From Verrucomicrobiia bacterium (lineage in GTDB: Bacteria; Verrucomicrobiota; Verrucomicrobiia; Limisphaerales; JADLHS01): a stretch of 64,000 bases of DNA. Of this stretch, positions 55,636 to 64,000 are shown in pieces (the stretch's first letter is position 1; each line of letters opens with the position of its first letter). The stretch covers positions 473,360 through 537,359 of the forward strand of contig JAMLJH010000001.1 of the NCBI GenBank assembly GCA_023953615.1. The letters are read 5' to 3'. A program made the translations under genes and the position numbers. Under the pieces are notes generated by a model. The model was given only the letters and a program-made list of their open reading frames with translations, was not told the origin of the DNA and searched no databases.

Positions 55636-57138
55636 TTAATACCGATAGTGCTCGGCTTTATACGGGCCGTCCATCGGTACGCCGAGGTAATCGGCTTGCG
55701 CTTTGGTCAGCTTGGTCAGTTTGACGCCAATCTTTTCCAGGTGCAGGCGGGCGACTTCCTCATCCAGTTTCTTGGGCAGACGATAAACCGCCTTTTTGTA
55801 CGTGCTCTTGTTGGCCCAGAGGTCAATTTGCGCCAGCGTCTGATTGGTGAAGCTGTTGCTCATCACGAAACTGGGATGTCCCGTGGCGCAACCCAAATTT
55901 ACGAGCCGTCCTTCCGCCAACAGATAGATGCTCTTGTTGCCGGGCAGATAATAACGATCGTATTGCGGTTTGATATTTTCGATGCGCACGCCCTTGGTGC
56001 GCCGGAGCTGTTCCACCTGAATTTCATTATCGAAATGACCGATGTTACACACGATGGCTTGATCCTTCATTTTGAGGATGTGTGGCGCGGTGATGACGTC
56101 GCAATTGCCGGTGGTGGTGACGTAAATATCGCCCGTACCCAGCGTGCTTTCGAGCGTGTTGACTTCAAAACCTTCCATCGCGGCCTGCAACGCGTTGATC
56201 GGATCAATCTCGGTGACGATGACGCGCGCCCCGTAAGCGCGAAGCGAATGTGCCGAGCCTTTGCCGACATCGCCGTAACCGCAGACCACGGCGACCTTGC
56301 CCGCCACCATCACGTCGGTGGCGCGTTTGATGCCGTCAGCGAGTGATTCGCGGCAGCCGTAAAGATTGTCGAACTTGGATTTGGTGACCGAGTCGTTGAC
56401 GTTGATGGCGGGCACGAGGAGTTTACCCTGCTCGGCCAGTTGGTAGAGACGATGAACGCCCGTGGTGGTTTCTTCCGAAACGCCCCGCCACTCTTTCACC
56501 AGCTTTGTCCAGATGCCGGGCTTCTCCTTGGCAAGACGGCGCAACAAGGCTTTCACCACGCTGACTTCGTGACTGTCGCCTTTGGTCTGGTAAGCCCATT
56601 TCGAACCGTGTTCGAGTTCATAACCTTTGTGAATCAGCAGGGTTACGTCGCCGCCGTCGTCCACAACCAGTTGCGGTCCCTGGTCACCGGGAAAGAGAAT
56701 CGCCTTCAAGGTGAGTTCCCAATACTCCTCCAGCGCTTCCCCTTTCCACGCGAAGACGGGAGTGCCGGTGGCGGCAATGGCGGCGGCGGCATGGTCCTGG
56801 GTGGAAAAGATATTGCACGAAGCCCAACGCACTTTGGCGCCAAGGGCCACCAGAGTTTCGATCAACACCGCCGTCTGGATGGTCATGTGCAGCGAACCCG
56901 TGATCCGCACGCCCTTGAGCGGCTGCTGCTTCGCGTACTTTTTGCGCACCGACATCAGGCCCGGCATTTCGTGCTCGGCCACGGCGATTTCTTTGCGTCC
57001 CCAATCGGCCAGCGCAATGTCGCGCACGATGTAATCCTTGCCGGTGGGGGTTTTGGCAGCAAACGCGGCGAGGTTGGGCAACGCGGCACTGACTTCCGCC
57101 AGAATGGAACTGACTTTGGACTTGGCAATTTTAGGCAT
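55636..57138 (-). CDS. ahcY: Adenosylhomocysteinase
   Basis: 500 aa. '[16 protein letters not shown]', 'DDGGD', the NAD-binding '[10 protein letters not shown]', and a C-terminal 'YRY' tail. Confidence 0.95.
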   Translation of the reverse strand: MPKIAKSKVSSILAEVSAALPNLAAFAAKTPTGKDYIVRDIALADWGRKEIAVAEHEMPGLMSVRKKYAKQQPLKGVRITGSLHMTIQTAVLIETLVALGAKVRWASCNIFSTQDHAAAAIAATGTPVFAWKGEALEEYWELTLKAILFPGDQGPQLVVDDGGDVTLLIHKGYELEHGSKWAYQTKGDSHEVSVVKALLRRLAKEKPGIWTKLVKEWRGVSEETTTGVHRLYQLAEQGKLLVPAINVNDSVTKSKFDNLYGCRESLADGIKRATDVMVAGKVAVVCGYGDVGKGSAHSLRAYGARVIVTEIDPINALQAAMEGFEVNTLESTLGTGDIYVTTTGNCDVITAPHILKMKDQAIVCNIGHFDNEIQVEQLRRTKGVRIENIKPQYDRYYLPGNKSIYLLAEGRLVNLGCATGHPSFVMSNSFTNQTLAQIDLWANKSTYKKAVYRLPKKLDEEVARLHLEKIGVKLTKLTKAQADYLGVPMDGPYKAEHYRY

Positions 57139-57243
57139 GATTCAAAACGAAACTAGTTCAGGTTTATTGGTTGATTCTCAGTTGGTGGAAACTACGCCGC
57201 CTCCGCTCGCTCAGCCGCGCGGAGATTGCGAAACAGTCGTTGG

Positions 57244-58431
57244 TCAAAGGGCGCGGAGCAAAGCCTCGGCTTTATTGGTGGTTTCCCAAGTGAGGTCTTT
57301 GTCGTTCTTACCGAAATGACCGTAGTTGGTGGTCTTCGAGTAAATCGGCCGGCGCAACTTCAACTGCTCAATGATGGCGGCGGGTTGGAAATCAAACACC
57401 TTGTTCACCGCCTTCAGAATCTTGGCGTCGTCCACCTTGCCGGTGCCAAACGTGTCCACATGCACGCTGACCGGATCGGGATAACCGATCGCGTAAGCGA
57501 ACTGGATTTCGCATTTCTCCGCCAGCCGAGCCGCGACAATGTTCTTCGCCACCCAACGCCCCATGTAAGCCGCGCTGCGATCCACCTTGGTCGGGTCCTT
57601 GCCCGAAAAAGCGCCGCCGCCGTGACGTCCGGTGCCGCCGTAGCTGTCCACGATGATTTTGCGACCGGTCAAGCCGGTGTCGCCCTGCGGACCGCCCACC
57701 ACAAAACGACCGGTGGGGTTAATCAGGAATTCGGTCTTCCGGGTCAGCAGTTTGGCGGGCAGAACTTTCCTGATGAGTTGTTCGATGCAAAATTTCTCAA
57801 TCTCCGCGTGCGTCACTTCCCGACCATTCAATCGGTCGGCGTGCTGGGTGGAAATGACCACGTTGGAAATGGCCACCGGCCGGCCATCTTCGTAAATCAC
57901 CGATACCTGCGACTTCGCGTCCGGACGCAGCCAGGCGGGGCCTTTGCCGCTCTTGCGAATGCGGGTCAGTTCGCGACCGAGCCGATGCGCGAACATGATG
58001 GGCGCCGGCATCAACTCCGACGTTTCGTTACAAGCGTAACCGAACATCAATCCCTGATCTCCCGCGCCCTGCTTGGCGGTTTTTTTGCCGCGGGCCTTCC
58101 GGGCATCCACGCCTTGCGCAATGTCCGGAGATTGCGAAGTCACCAGCACGTTCACGAAGACCTTATCCGCGTGGAAAACATCGTCATCATTTACGTAACC
58201 AATGTCGCGAATGGCCTGCCGGGCGATTTTCACAAAATCCAATTTCGCCTTGCTGGTAATTTCGCCGCCCACCACTACGAGGTTGCTCTTGGCGTAAGTC
58301 TCACAAGCGACGCGGCTGAACTTGTCCTGCGCCAGACAGGCGTCCAGCACGGCGTCGGAAATAGTGTCACAGACTTTGTCGGGATGACCTTCCCCGACCG
58401 ACTCGGAAGAAAAAATGTAAGTTTTGCTCAT
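57244..58431 (-). CDS. metK: S-adenosylmethionine synthetase
   Basis: '[24 protein letters not shown]', '[12 protein letters not shown]', '[19 protein letters not shown]'. Confidence 0.95.
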   Translation of the reverse strand: MSKTYIFSSESVGEGHPDKVCDTISDAVLDACLAQDKFSRVACETYAKSNLVVVGGEITSKAKLDFVKIARQAIRDIGYVNDDDVFHADKVFVNVLVTSQSPDIAQGVDARKARGKKTAKQGAGDQGLMFGYACNETSELMPAPIMFAHRLGRELTRIRKSGKGPAWLRPDAKSQVSVIYEDGRPVAISNVVISTQHADRLNGREVTHAEIEKFCIEQLIRKVLPAKLLTRKTEFLINPTGRFVVGGPQGDTGLTGRKIIVDSYGGTGRHGGGAFSGKDPTKVDRSAAYMGRWVAKNIVAARLAEKCEIQFAYAIGYPDPVSVHVDTFGTGKVDDAKILKAVNKVFDFQPAAIIEQLKLRRPIYSKTTNYGHFGKNDKDLTWETTNKAEALLRAL

Positions 58432-58453
58432 TCGGCAGATGGTTTAGTTATTG

Positions 58454-58504
58454 ACGTATTAACGTATCAGGATAGGACGATACACTGGAAAGCAATTTGG
58501 TCAA
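58454..58504 (-). promoter_or_regulatory. Candidate metK promoter (TTGACC-16 nt-TATCGT) with two tandem 8-mers immediately downstream
   Basis: On the minus strand the -35 is at 58499-58504 and the -10 at 58477-58482. Tandem 8-mers (plus strand ACGTATTA ACGTATCA) occupy 58454-58469, 23-38 nt upstream of the ATG. This is sequence pattern only. Confidence 0.3.
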
Positions 58505-58615
58505 CCTCGTTCTTTGCCTCGCCACCAACCCGGGGCCAATGCTTCTTCCGAAACTTGCTGACGCCCAATCGGCCCGCATAATTGCCCCGCCCATCAAGGC
58601 CTTTGACCGAACCGG

Positions 58616-59251
58616 TCAGAACGGCAATCGAGAAAGTTCGTCCGGACGAACCATCAAAAATTCGCGATCAAACCAATCCTGAGCGGTCTGCGGAGCGGTG
58701 GCGTTACCGGGCGGATCATCAAAGCGGGGTACCGCCGCTAATACCAGCGACTTGGCTTCCAGCCAGCGACGGACATTCGCCCCGTATCCACAAACCGCCA
58801 CAACTTTCAGGGAACGCGCGGTAATTTTGGCGGCCAGTTCCGGCGACCAGGCCGGCAATCCAGCGAAGACGAGCAAAACTTTTGCATCCGGATTTTTCTC
58901 GATTGCCGCCAGGAATTGTTCGGCGGAAACCGCCCCGACATCCATCACCCCTGGCGGACGAGGCGCCCATTCGGTAACCAGAGTGACTCCAGACTGGCGG
59001 CGTAAAGTTGCCATCAGGGCGTTTATCCGCTCGCCGTTGGCGTCCACTTCGTTCTTATCCACCGGTCGGCTGAGCAAGACTACTGGCCCCGCGTTATCGG
59101 CCAGTTGCACCGCCTCGCGAGCTAAAACTTCGCCCACGGCCGCGCTGGGCTTGAGATTGATTTTGGGTGGAGAAAAGTAACGCCAGAGAAAAATTCCAGC
59201 CGCGCCCAACAACAAAACACTGACCAAACCCAGCAGTTTTTGCGATTTCAT
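58616..59251 (-). CDS. N-terminally membrane-anchored hypothetical protein
   Basis: 211 aa. Single TM segment 'LLGLVSVLLLGAAGIFLW'. I recognise no family. It lies downstream of the pseudopilin-like gene. Confidence 0.5.
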   Translation of the reverse strand: MKSQKLLGLVSVLLLGAAGIFLWRYFSPPKINLKPSAAVGEVLAREAVQLADNAGPVVLLSRPVDKNEVDANGERINALMATLRRQSGVTLVTEWAPRPPGVMDVGAVSAEQFLAAIEKNPDAKVLLVFAGLPAWSPELAAKITARSLKVVAVCGYGANVRRWLEAKSLVLAAVPRFDDPPGNATAPQTAQDWFDREFLMVRPDELSRLPF

Positions 59252-59287
59252 CCGATAGCAATGGTGGACTTGAAAAACGCCCCGGCG

Positions 59288-60151
59288 TCACTCGGTATCC
59301 CACATCCAACGTGGATCGTAGATTTTGTTGCCCGAGCCGGTCCACCGTGGATTACCGTAAGCAACCCGGCCCGAGAGATCCCGGCCCGGATAGTATTGCA
59401 AGCCGATCAGGCTTACCTTGATCGCCCCCGCATGCCCGTCCGAAAATCCAACCACACATCGCCCCGCGTGACGCGACACGGGCCGCTGGGGATCGTCGTT
59501 GTAGTAACCCACGTTGGTTGGCGTGCGATAATACAACTCCTGCATGCCTTTTTTCTCCACCCAAAGATCAGGATCACGTTCCGTGGAATTGGCGATCAAA
59601 CCAGAGTCGGCAAAGGGCACGGTTTCACTCGGATGCTTGATGGAGTTCAGCTTGATCGGATCGCGCAACCAGCCGCCGATCTCCGGGTGATTCAGAGCCA
59701 CTCCCATGGCGCCGTAGGTACTGGATAACACCGAGGGGCACGCAATGATGTTGGTGGTGGTCATGTACGGACGCAGCGCGTCCGGCCAGAGCATGCTGTT
59801 CGCCCCGGCGTTCCACCAGGCGTCGGCCGGGGATTGTCGCCCATCATCCAGAAATAAAACCATCGCATCGTTGTTATCGCTGCCATAGAGGATCATGGAC
59901 AAGCTGACCTGGCGCAGATTATTTATGCACTTTGTCGCTTTGGCTTTTTCCTTCGCCTTCCCGAGCGCCGGCAAAAGCATGGAAGCCAAAATGGCGATAA
60001 TGGCGATCACCACCAACAGCTCGATCAAGGTAAAGGCACGGGCGCCACTCCCGGAACGCTGGGGCAAGTGCGAGCCAGCATAACCACTTTGAGCTGGCGC
60101 TCGGCCCGGAGGGCGCTGGCGAACCATGACATTCACATTGGGGTTTAGCAT
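59288..60151 (-). CDS. Prepilin-type N-terminal cleavage/methylation domain protein, H-X9-DG/DUF1559 family
   Basis: '[43 protein letters not shown]' and the C-terminal '[14 protein letters not shown]' (H-X9-DG). Confidence 0.85.
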   Translation of the reverse strand: MLNPNVNVMVRQRPPGRAPAQSGYAGSHLPQRSGSGARAFTLIELLVVIAIIAILASMLLPALGKAKEKAKATKCINNLRQVSLSMILYGSDNNDAMVLFLDDGRQSPADAWWNAGANSMLWPDALRPYMTTTNIIACPSVLSSTYGAMGVALNHPEIGGWLRDPIKLNSIKHPSETVPFADSGLIANSTERDPDLWVEKKGMQELYYRTPTNVGYYNDDPQRPVSRHAGRCVVGFSDGHAGAIKVSLIGLQYYPGRDLSGRVAYGNPRWTGSGNKIYDPRWMWDTE

Positions 60152-60160
60152 CGCCTAATA

Positions 60161-60213
60161 GCTGGCACATGCCAGCGACGGTGTCAAGACTGCGTTCCTG
60201 CGTAACTGCGAAC
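60161..60213. promoter_or_regulatory. Divergent control region: palindrome GCTGGCA-CA-TGCCAGC (60161-60176) and three tandem 8-mers CTGCGTTC CTGCGTAA CTGCGAAC (60190-60213)
   Basis: Both were read directly from the sequence. They lie between the pseudopilin start (60151, minus) and the ArsR-MTase start (60251, plus). Confidence 0.3.
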
Positions 60214-60250
60214 TTGTTAAGCGCGGTCGGATTTGGCAGGTCTATGCGCG

Positions 60251-61180
60251 ATGAGTTCCACGCTGAAATCGCTGCGGGCCCTAGCCGACGCCACTCGACT
60301 GCGCATCATTGCGCTGCTCGAAAAGGACGAACTTTCCGTCAATGAACTGCAGGAGATCACGCGCATGGGGCAATCGCGAATCTCCACGCACCTGGGTCTG
60401 CTGGCGGATTGCAATCTGGTCACGGCGCGGCGCGATGGAAAGCGCACCTTCTACAAATTGAATCCGGAGGCGAAAGGGACGACAGCGGAATTCATCCGCG
60501 TGGCCAGCCAAGGCGCGCAGGAGCTGCCTGAACACGCGCACGATCGAATCAATCTGAAACGGATTCTCAACCGACGCCGCGAACAGGAAAAAGTCTTCTT
60601 CAACCAGGTCGCGGGCCGATTTGATCGCGTCTATGGTCCAGGCCGTTCCTGGCCGGCCTTTGGACAATTGCTTTTACACATGCTGCCGCCGCTGATCGTC
60701 GCCGACCTGGGTGCGGGTGAAGGGTTGTTGAGTGAGCTGTTGGCGCGGCGCTGTAAAAAGGTCATTGCCGTGGACAACTCAAAAAAAATCGTCGCGTTCG
60801 GTGCTGCCAAGGCGAAGAAGAACGGTCTGAAAAATCTGGAGTTTCGGTGCGGTGACCTGCAACAGCCGCCCATCGAAGCTGCCAGCGTGGATGTCGTCAT
60901 CCTCAGCCAGGCGCTGCATCACGCTGAAGATCCGGCGGTCGCCCTGGTCAGCGCGGCACAATTGCTCAAACCCGGCGGCCAGGTGCTCATCCTGGATTTG
61001 CTGGCGCACAAATTTGAGCAGGCGCGCGAACGGTATGGAGACCGCTGGCTCGGGTTTGCCGAAAGTGAATTGCATCATTGGCTGGAAGCTGCCGGTTTCA
61101 AAAAAATTGACGTCAGCGTGGTGGCGCGCGAAGAGCAACCGCCCCATTTCCAAACGCTGCTGGCGGTCGGCGAAAAATAA
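60251..61180 (+). CDS. ArsR-type wHTH fused to a SAM-dependent methyltransferase-fold domain (SahR-like regulator)
   Basis: 'LRALADATRLRIIALLEKDELSVNELQEITRMGQSRISTHLGLLADCNLV..RDGKRTFYKL' is the ArsR HTH. 'VADLGAGEGLLS..VIAVDNS' is MTase motif I. ATG at 60251; the listed start at 60233 is TTG. Confidence 0.7.
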   Translation: MSSTLKSLRALADATRLRIIALLEKDELSVNELQEITRMGQSRISTHLGLLADCNLVTARRDGKRTFYKLNPEAKGTTAEFIRVASQGAQELPEHAHDRINLKRILNRRREQEKVFFNQVAGRFDRVYGPGRSWPAFGQLLLHMLPPLIVADLGAGEGLLSELLARRCKKVIAVDNSKKIVAFGAAKAKKNGLKNLEFRCGDLQQPPIEAASVDVVILSQALHHAEDPAVALVSAAQLLKPGGQVLILDLLAHKFEQARERYGDRWLGFAESELHHWLEAAGFKKIDVSVVAREEQPPHFQTLLAVGEK

Positions 61181-61351
61181 TCCTGACCTCGGTCGGCGCA
61201 GTTCGGGGTCAGACACGGGCCGCGACTTCATTTCCGCGCGGGGTCGAAAGGCATTTCGCTGACGTGAGTGGTCTCGGTTTATTCAAAATTAAAAATTCAA
61301 AAATCACCTCCTCGCTCGAAGAGCCGAGCCGCGTCGCCGTCTCATGCTCGT

Positions 61352-61630
61352 ATGAAAAAAATACTGCTTGCAACAACAGTGCTGGCCGGGGGATTGATGG
61401 TTTCCCTGGCGGGCATCAACATCAGCATCGGAATCGGGATTCCGTTCCCACCACCGGTCGTGGTCCGGCCACCCGTCATCGTGAGGCCACCGGCCATCGT
61501 GGTGCCAGCGCCGGTTTACCCCGCGCGGATAATTGTCCCGACGCCACCACCCCGGTACGCGCCGCCGCGGTTGCGCAACCCGCATGGGCATGGTCCAGCA
61601 CATGGGGATCGCCGCCGACCGCGATGCTGA
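61352..61630 (+). CDS. Small secreted proline-rich protein
   Basis: Signal peptide 'MKKILLATTVLAGGLMVSLAG', then 'PPPVVVRPPVIVRPPAIVVPAPV..'. A strong terminator follows. Confidence 0.5.
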   Translation: MKKILLATTVLAGGLMVSLAGINISIGIGIPFPPPVVVRPPVIVRPPAIVVPAPVYPARIIVPTPPPRYAPPRLRNPHGHGPAHGDRRRPRC

Positions 61631-61657
61631 CGGATTACACCACAATCAATCGAGACC

Positions 61658-61687
61658 AGCCGGAACTTTTGTTCCGGCTTTCATTTA
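61658..61687 (+). terminator. Intrinsic terminator
   Basis: Perfect 9-bp stem AGCCGGAAC / GTTCCGGCT with a UUUU loop, followed by UUCAUUU. Confidence 0.8.
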
Positions 61688-61757
61688 AGCGGCACGGGTG
61701 AAGGAAGGCTGAAGGCAAATAAACTTCAGCAACAGATGGAGCGGCTGGTTGCCAAGG

Positions 61758-62648
61758 CTAACGTAATAAATCATCCACCTGTTGAGCCAGGGCCGCCAGA
61801 TAATCGTCGCCGCGCGGATGATGAGTCAGCGCGACTAAAATGTAATGTCGCCGCGCGCCGGTCACGACCGCCGCATCATGCAACCAATCTTCCCACGAAC
61901 CCCATTTGCGTATGATCTGGACGTCCCGCCCCTTAAGGCCGCGCACGAATTTGATGTCATCGTGCGGAATATCCGGCGACCTAAAAATATCGCGCATGGT
62001 CTGGGAGGCCGCTGGCGAAACCAACTTGCCTTGTTCGAGCATCAGGAAATAACGCAACACCTGTCGCACCGTGGCGGCATGTGAATTATCGCCCACCGGT
62101 GAACCGTAGCGCTCATCGCCGCGTCCATAATGTTTGCCGACCCAAAGTCCGCCGCCCCGGTCAGCATCATAGAAACCGTATGAATTGAGCACCGCTTGAA
62201 TTTGCTTCAAGCCGAGTTCGCGGGAAAACTTTGCCGCCATGGCGTTGTCTGAAGCCTTCGCCATCAGTCCCAGCTCGTGCCGCGTTGTCGGCGCGAGGTT
62301 GGTGGCCGCTTCGGGATGCAGTTGAAAATACGCCAGCAAAATTCCGATCTTCGGAACGCTGGCGGCGTACTCTTCGCGATCCGGATTAATCATCGCCAGG
62401 CGCAAAGTCCGCAGGTCCAGCACGCCGACGGCGGTTTGTTCCGGCGTCAGGCCGAACCGGGCGCGCAGACCGCGATCTATCTGCTCCAACGCCGATTGCA
62501 AGCGCGGATCGGTCGGCGTCGAGTAATCCAATTGGTAATGGAGATAGGATTGATTCACAGGACAAGTTTGCGTGATGCAGCCACTCAACCCGACGCCGCC
62601 CAGCAAAGCCAGGAAGAAAGTCGGAAAGGAAAACGAGCGGCGGCGCAT
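61758..62648 (-). CDS. Class A beta-lactamase-related serine hydrolase, secreted/lipoprotein
   Basis: Lipobox-like 'GGVGLSGC'. 'AASVPKIGILLAYF' is an SxxK motif. Overall length and pattern fit the class A-like fold. Confidence 0.6.
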   Translation of the reverse strand: MRRRSFSFPTFFLALLGGVGLSGCITQTCPVNQSYLHYQLDYSTPTDPRLQSALEQIDRGLRARFGLTPEQTAVGVLDLRTLRLAMINPDREEYAASVPKIGILLAYFQLHPEAATNLAPTTRHELGLMAKASDNAMAAKFSRELGLKQIQAVLNSYGFYDADRGGGLWVGKHYGRGDERYGSPVGDNSHAATVRQVLRYFLMLEQGKLVSPAASQTMRDIFRSPDIPHDDIKFVRGLKGRDVQIIRKWGSWEDWLHDAAVVTGARRHYILVALTHHPRGDDYLAALAQQVDDLLR

Positions 62649-62651
62649 GGA

Positions 62652-63296
62652 CTATTTCAGCAGATATTTCGCCACAGCTTCACCGCGCGAATGGACGTGG
62701 AGTTTGCTGTAAATGCTTTTGATGTGCATGCGCACGGTGTCAATGCTCAGTCCGAGCGAATCCGCAATTTCCTTGTAGGCGATTCCCTCGGCCAGCCGAT
62801 CCAAGACCTCGCGTTCCCGGTTGGAGAGTTTTTCGATTTCGTTTTCGGCCACCCCGCGCCGGTTGAAATACTGCACCACTTTGCGCGCAATATGACCGGA
62901 CATGGGCGACGCACCGCGATAAACGTCCTCAATCGCCTGGAGAATTTCGCTTTGCGGGGTGCGCTTCAACAAGTAGCCGCTGGCCCCCGCCAGCAGCGAT
63001 TTGAAAATTTTCTCGCTGTCCTCGTAAGCGGTCAGCATCAGGATTTGCGTTTCCGGCAGCAGCGCCTTGATTTTACGCACGCACTCGATGCCGTTCATTT
63101 TCGGTAAATTGATATCCACGACCACCACTTCCGGAGGCTCGGCAGCAAGGGCGGCCAACGCCGCTTCCGCAGTCGCGTAACCCTTCCCAAGAGCAAGCCC
63201 TTTGCGCCGGGTGATCTGGTTGGCGAGGTTTTCGCGAATCCAATCGTCGTCCTCGATGAGGGAAACTTTGATCGGCTTGTCGGCTTTCTCAACCAT
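62652..63296 (-). CDS. NarL/FixJ (LuxR-type HTH) response regulator
   Basis: 'VSLIEDDDWIRENL..VVVVDINLPKMNG' and 'LSNREREVLDRLAEGIAYKEIADSLGLSIDTVRMHIKSIYSKL'. Confidence 0.85.
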   Translation of the reverse strand: MVEKADKPIKVSLIEDDDWIRENLANQITRRKGLALGKGYATAEAALAALAAEPPEVVVVDINLPKMNGIECVRKIKALLPETQILMLTAYEDSEKIFKSLLAGASGYLLKRTPQSEILQAIEDVYRGASPMSGHIARKVVQYFNRRGVAENEIEKLSNREREVLDRLAEGIAYKEIADSLGLSIDTVRMHIKSIYSKLHVHSRGEAVAKYLLK

Positions 63297-63369
63297 GAAC
63301 AGTGTTAGCTTAAGGCGAGCGAACCCGCGCCCGCCAGTGCCACGAAGATGTGTAGGCCAGCGGGGCTTG

Positions 63370-64000
63370 TCACGCCCAATCCCCCGGCAAATGCAACGTA
63401 ATCAAGGTGCCGCCCTCGGCATTGGTCGTCATCTCGAATCGGCCGCCAATTTTCGTCAGACGCTGTTGCATGGTTTGCACCCCGATCCCCGTCGGATCGG
63501 CAGACATGGTTTCATGTCCGCGTCCGTTATCGCTGATCGTCAGCGTCAATTCCTTGTCGGTCACATTCAAACCCACCTGCACCTCGGTTGCGGCCGCGTG
63601 CTTCAGCACATTGTTCAGCGCCTCTTTGACCGCCATGAACAGGTTGTGTCTCTGCCCGGTGGAAATCCGCGCGTCCGGCAAAGCGGGCGGCAATTGCAGG
63701 CGGCAACGCACGTGCGTGTGTTGAAAATACTCCTGCGCATAATGAAAAATATAATTGGCCAGACTATCGAGCGTGTCGTTGCGCGGATTGACCGTCCAAA
63801 CGATTTCATCCATGGCCCGCGTCATGTCCTGAACCGTTCGGGAAATTTTTTGCAGCGGCGCTTTGCCCGGATTGTTCGGCGCCATTTCGCGCTCCGCGGA
63901 TTCCGTCAACATGGCGAGCTTCGTCAAACGCGAGCCGATGTCGTCATGCAAATCCGCCGCGATCTTCCGGCGCAAATTTTCCAATCCCCGCAGCCGGGCG
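63370..64000 (-). CDS. HisKA_3-type sensor histidine kinase, N-terminal part outside window
   Basis: The frame stays open to the window edge (upstream codons read ..ARLRGLENLRRKIAADLHDDIGSRLT, the H-box). HATPase 'DNGRGH..GIGVQTMQQRL'. Confidence 0.8.
   Translation of the reverse strand, partial: ARLRGLENLRRKIAADLHDDIGSRLTKLAMLTESAEREMAPNNPGKAPLQKISRTVQDMTRAMDEIVWTVNPRNDTLDSLANYIFHYAQEYFQHTHVRCRLQLPPALPDARISTGQRHNLFMAVKEALNNVLKHAAATEVQVGLNVTDKELTLTISDNGRGHETMSADPTGIGVQTMQQRLTKIGGRFEMTTNAEGGTLITLHLPGDWA

Noticed and set aside
57139-57243. Possible SAH riboswitch between metK and ahcY.
   Set aside because: Reading the minus strand, I see only a simple hairpin (CUCCGC..GCGGAG). I see none of the conserved SAH-element segments I remember (GAGGAGCG..CAGGCUCGG..AACGGCGCUCAC). 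This was not confirmed with a covariance model.
55648-58581. Long plus-strand ORFs (232, 238 and 451 aa) covering ahcY and metK.
   Set aside because: They are antisense to two of the most conserved genes in the window and have no recognisable domains. They are mirror ORFs.
58432-58615. Possible SAM riboswitch in the metK leader.
   Set aside because: If the TTGACC/TATCGT promoter is right, the leader is short (about 40 nt). No SAM-I, SAM-II or SAM-V-like conserved cores are visible by eye.
60163-60176. Sigma-54 type promoter (TGGCAC...GC) in the palindrome upstream of the ArsR-MTase gene.
   Set aside because: The GG-to-GC spacing is 9 nt rather than 10, and the -12 element reads AGC rather than TTGC. 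The perfect dyad symmetry explains the sequence better.
1-64000. CRISPR arrays, rRNA or tRNA genes, IS elements, integrases, reverse transcriptases (retron/DGR).
   Set aside because: I looked for evenly spaced direct repeats, tRNA T-loop/acceptor patterns, DDE or tyrosine-recombinase and RT motifs in the ORF set, and recognised none. Absence was judged by eye only.

Overview
This is a 64-kb, GC-rich chromosomal window. Its gene content looks like a PVC-superphylum (Verrucomicrobiota-like) bacterium: two prepilin-type H-X9-DG/DUF1559 proteins, many signal-peptide CAZyme-like proteins, and dispersed GC-rich hairpin repeats. I support about 50 CDS, two pseudogenes or gene fragments, several intrinsic terminators and several repeat or hairpin elements. 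I recognised no rRNA, tRNA, CRISPR array, transposase or integrase.

Layout:
- 0-12.4 kb: glycan-degradation cluster (C45 peptidase, tandem-GDPD protein, GH78-like, a GHL10 gene broken by an in-frame TAG, GH99-like, and a repeat-containing secreted protein).
- 12.8-20.7 kb: housekeeping and signalling genes (cutA, REC-HK plus REC-Hpt-REC, yjbQ, TPR protein, HNH, DUF1080, DUF167).
- 20.8-26.9 kb: membrane transport, including three translationally coupled CNNM/CorB-type genes.
- 27.0-37.1 kb: PUL-like locus (GH, CBM protein, pseudopilin-like protein and lipoprotein, next to a Reg_prop/YYY sensor kinase and a LuxR-type regulator).
- 37.2-42.1 kb: fructose-type PTS with an HPr-EI-EIIA fusion and an AraC regulator.
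- 42.2-48.6 kb: clpC-mcsB-mcsA, ilvE, purE, carbonic anhydrase.
- 48.6-55.6 kb: accessory/defence-like island with visibly lower GC. It holds a solitary HNH_2 nuclease, DUF4926 fused to a nifS 5' fragment, an expansin-like protein, a hemerythrin-domain protein, and an M->R restriction-modification pair whose endonuclease also uses an HNH_2 domain.
- 55.6-64 kb: ahcY, metK, a second pseudopilin pair, a SahR-like ArsR-methyltransferase regulator, a Pro-rich peptide, and a serine hydrolase with its two-component system.

I regard the island, the PUL-like locus and the SahR-like regulator as the best candidates for new biology. All functional calls come from motif recognition by eye. No database search or folding computation was run.
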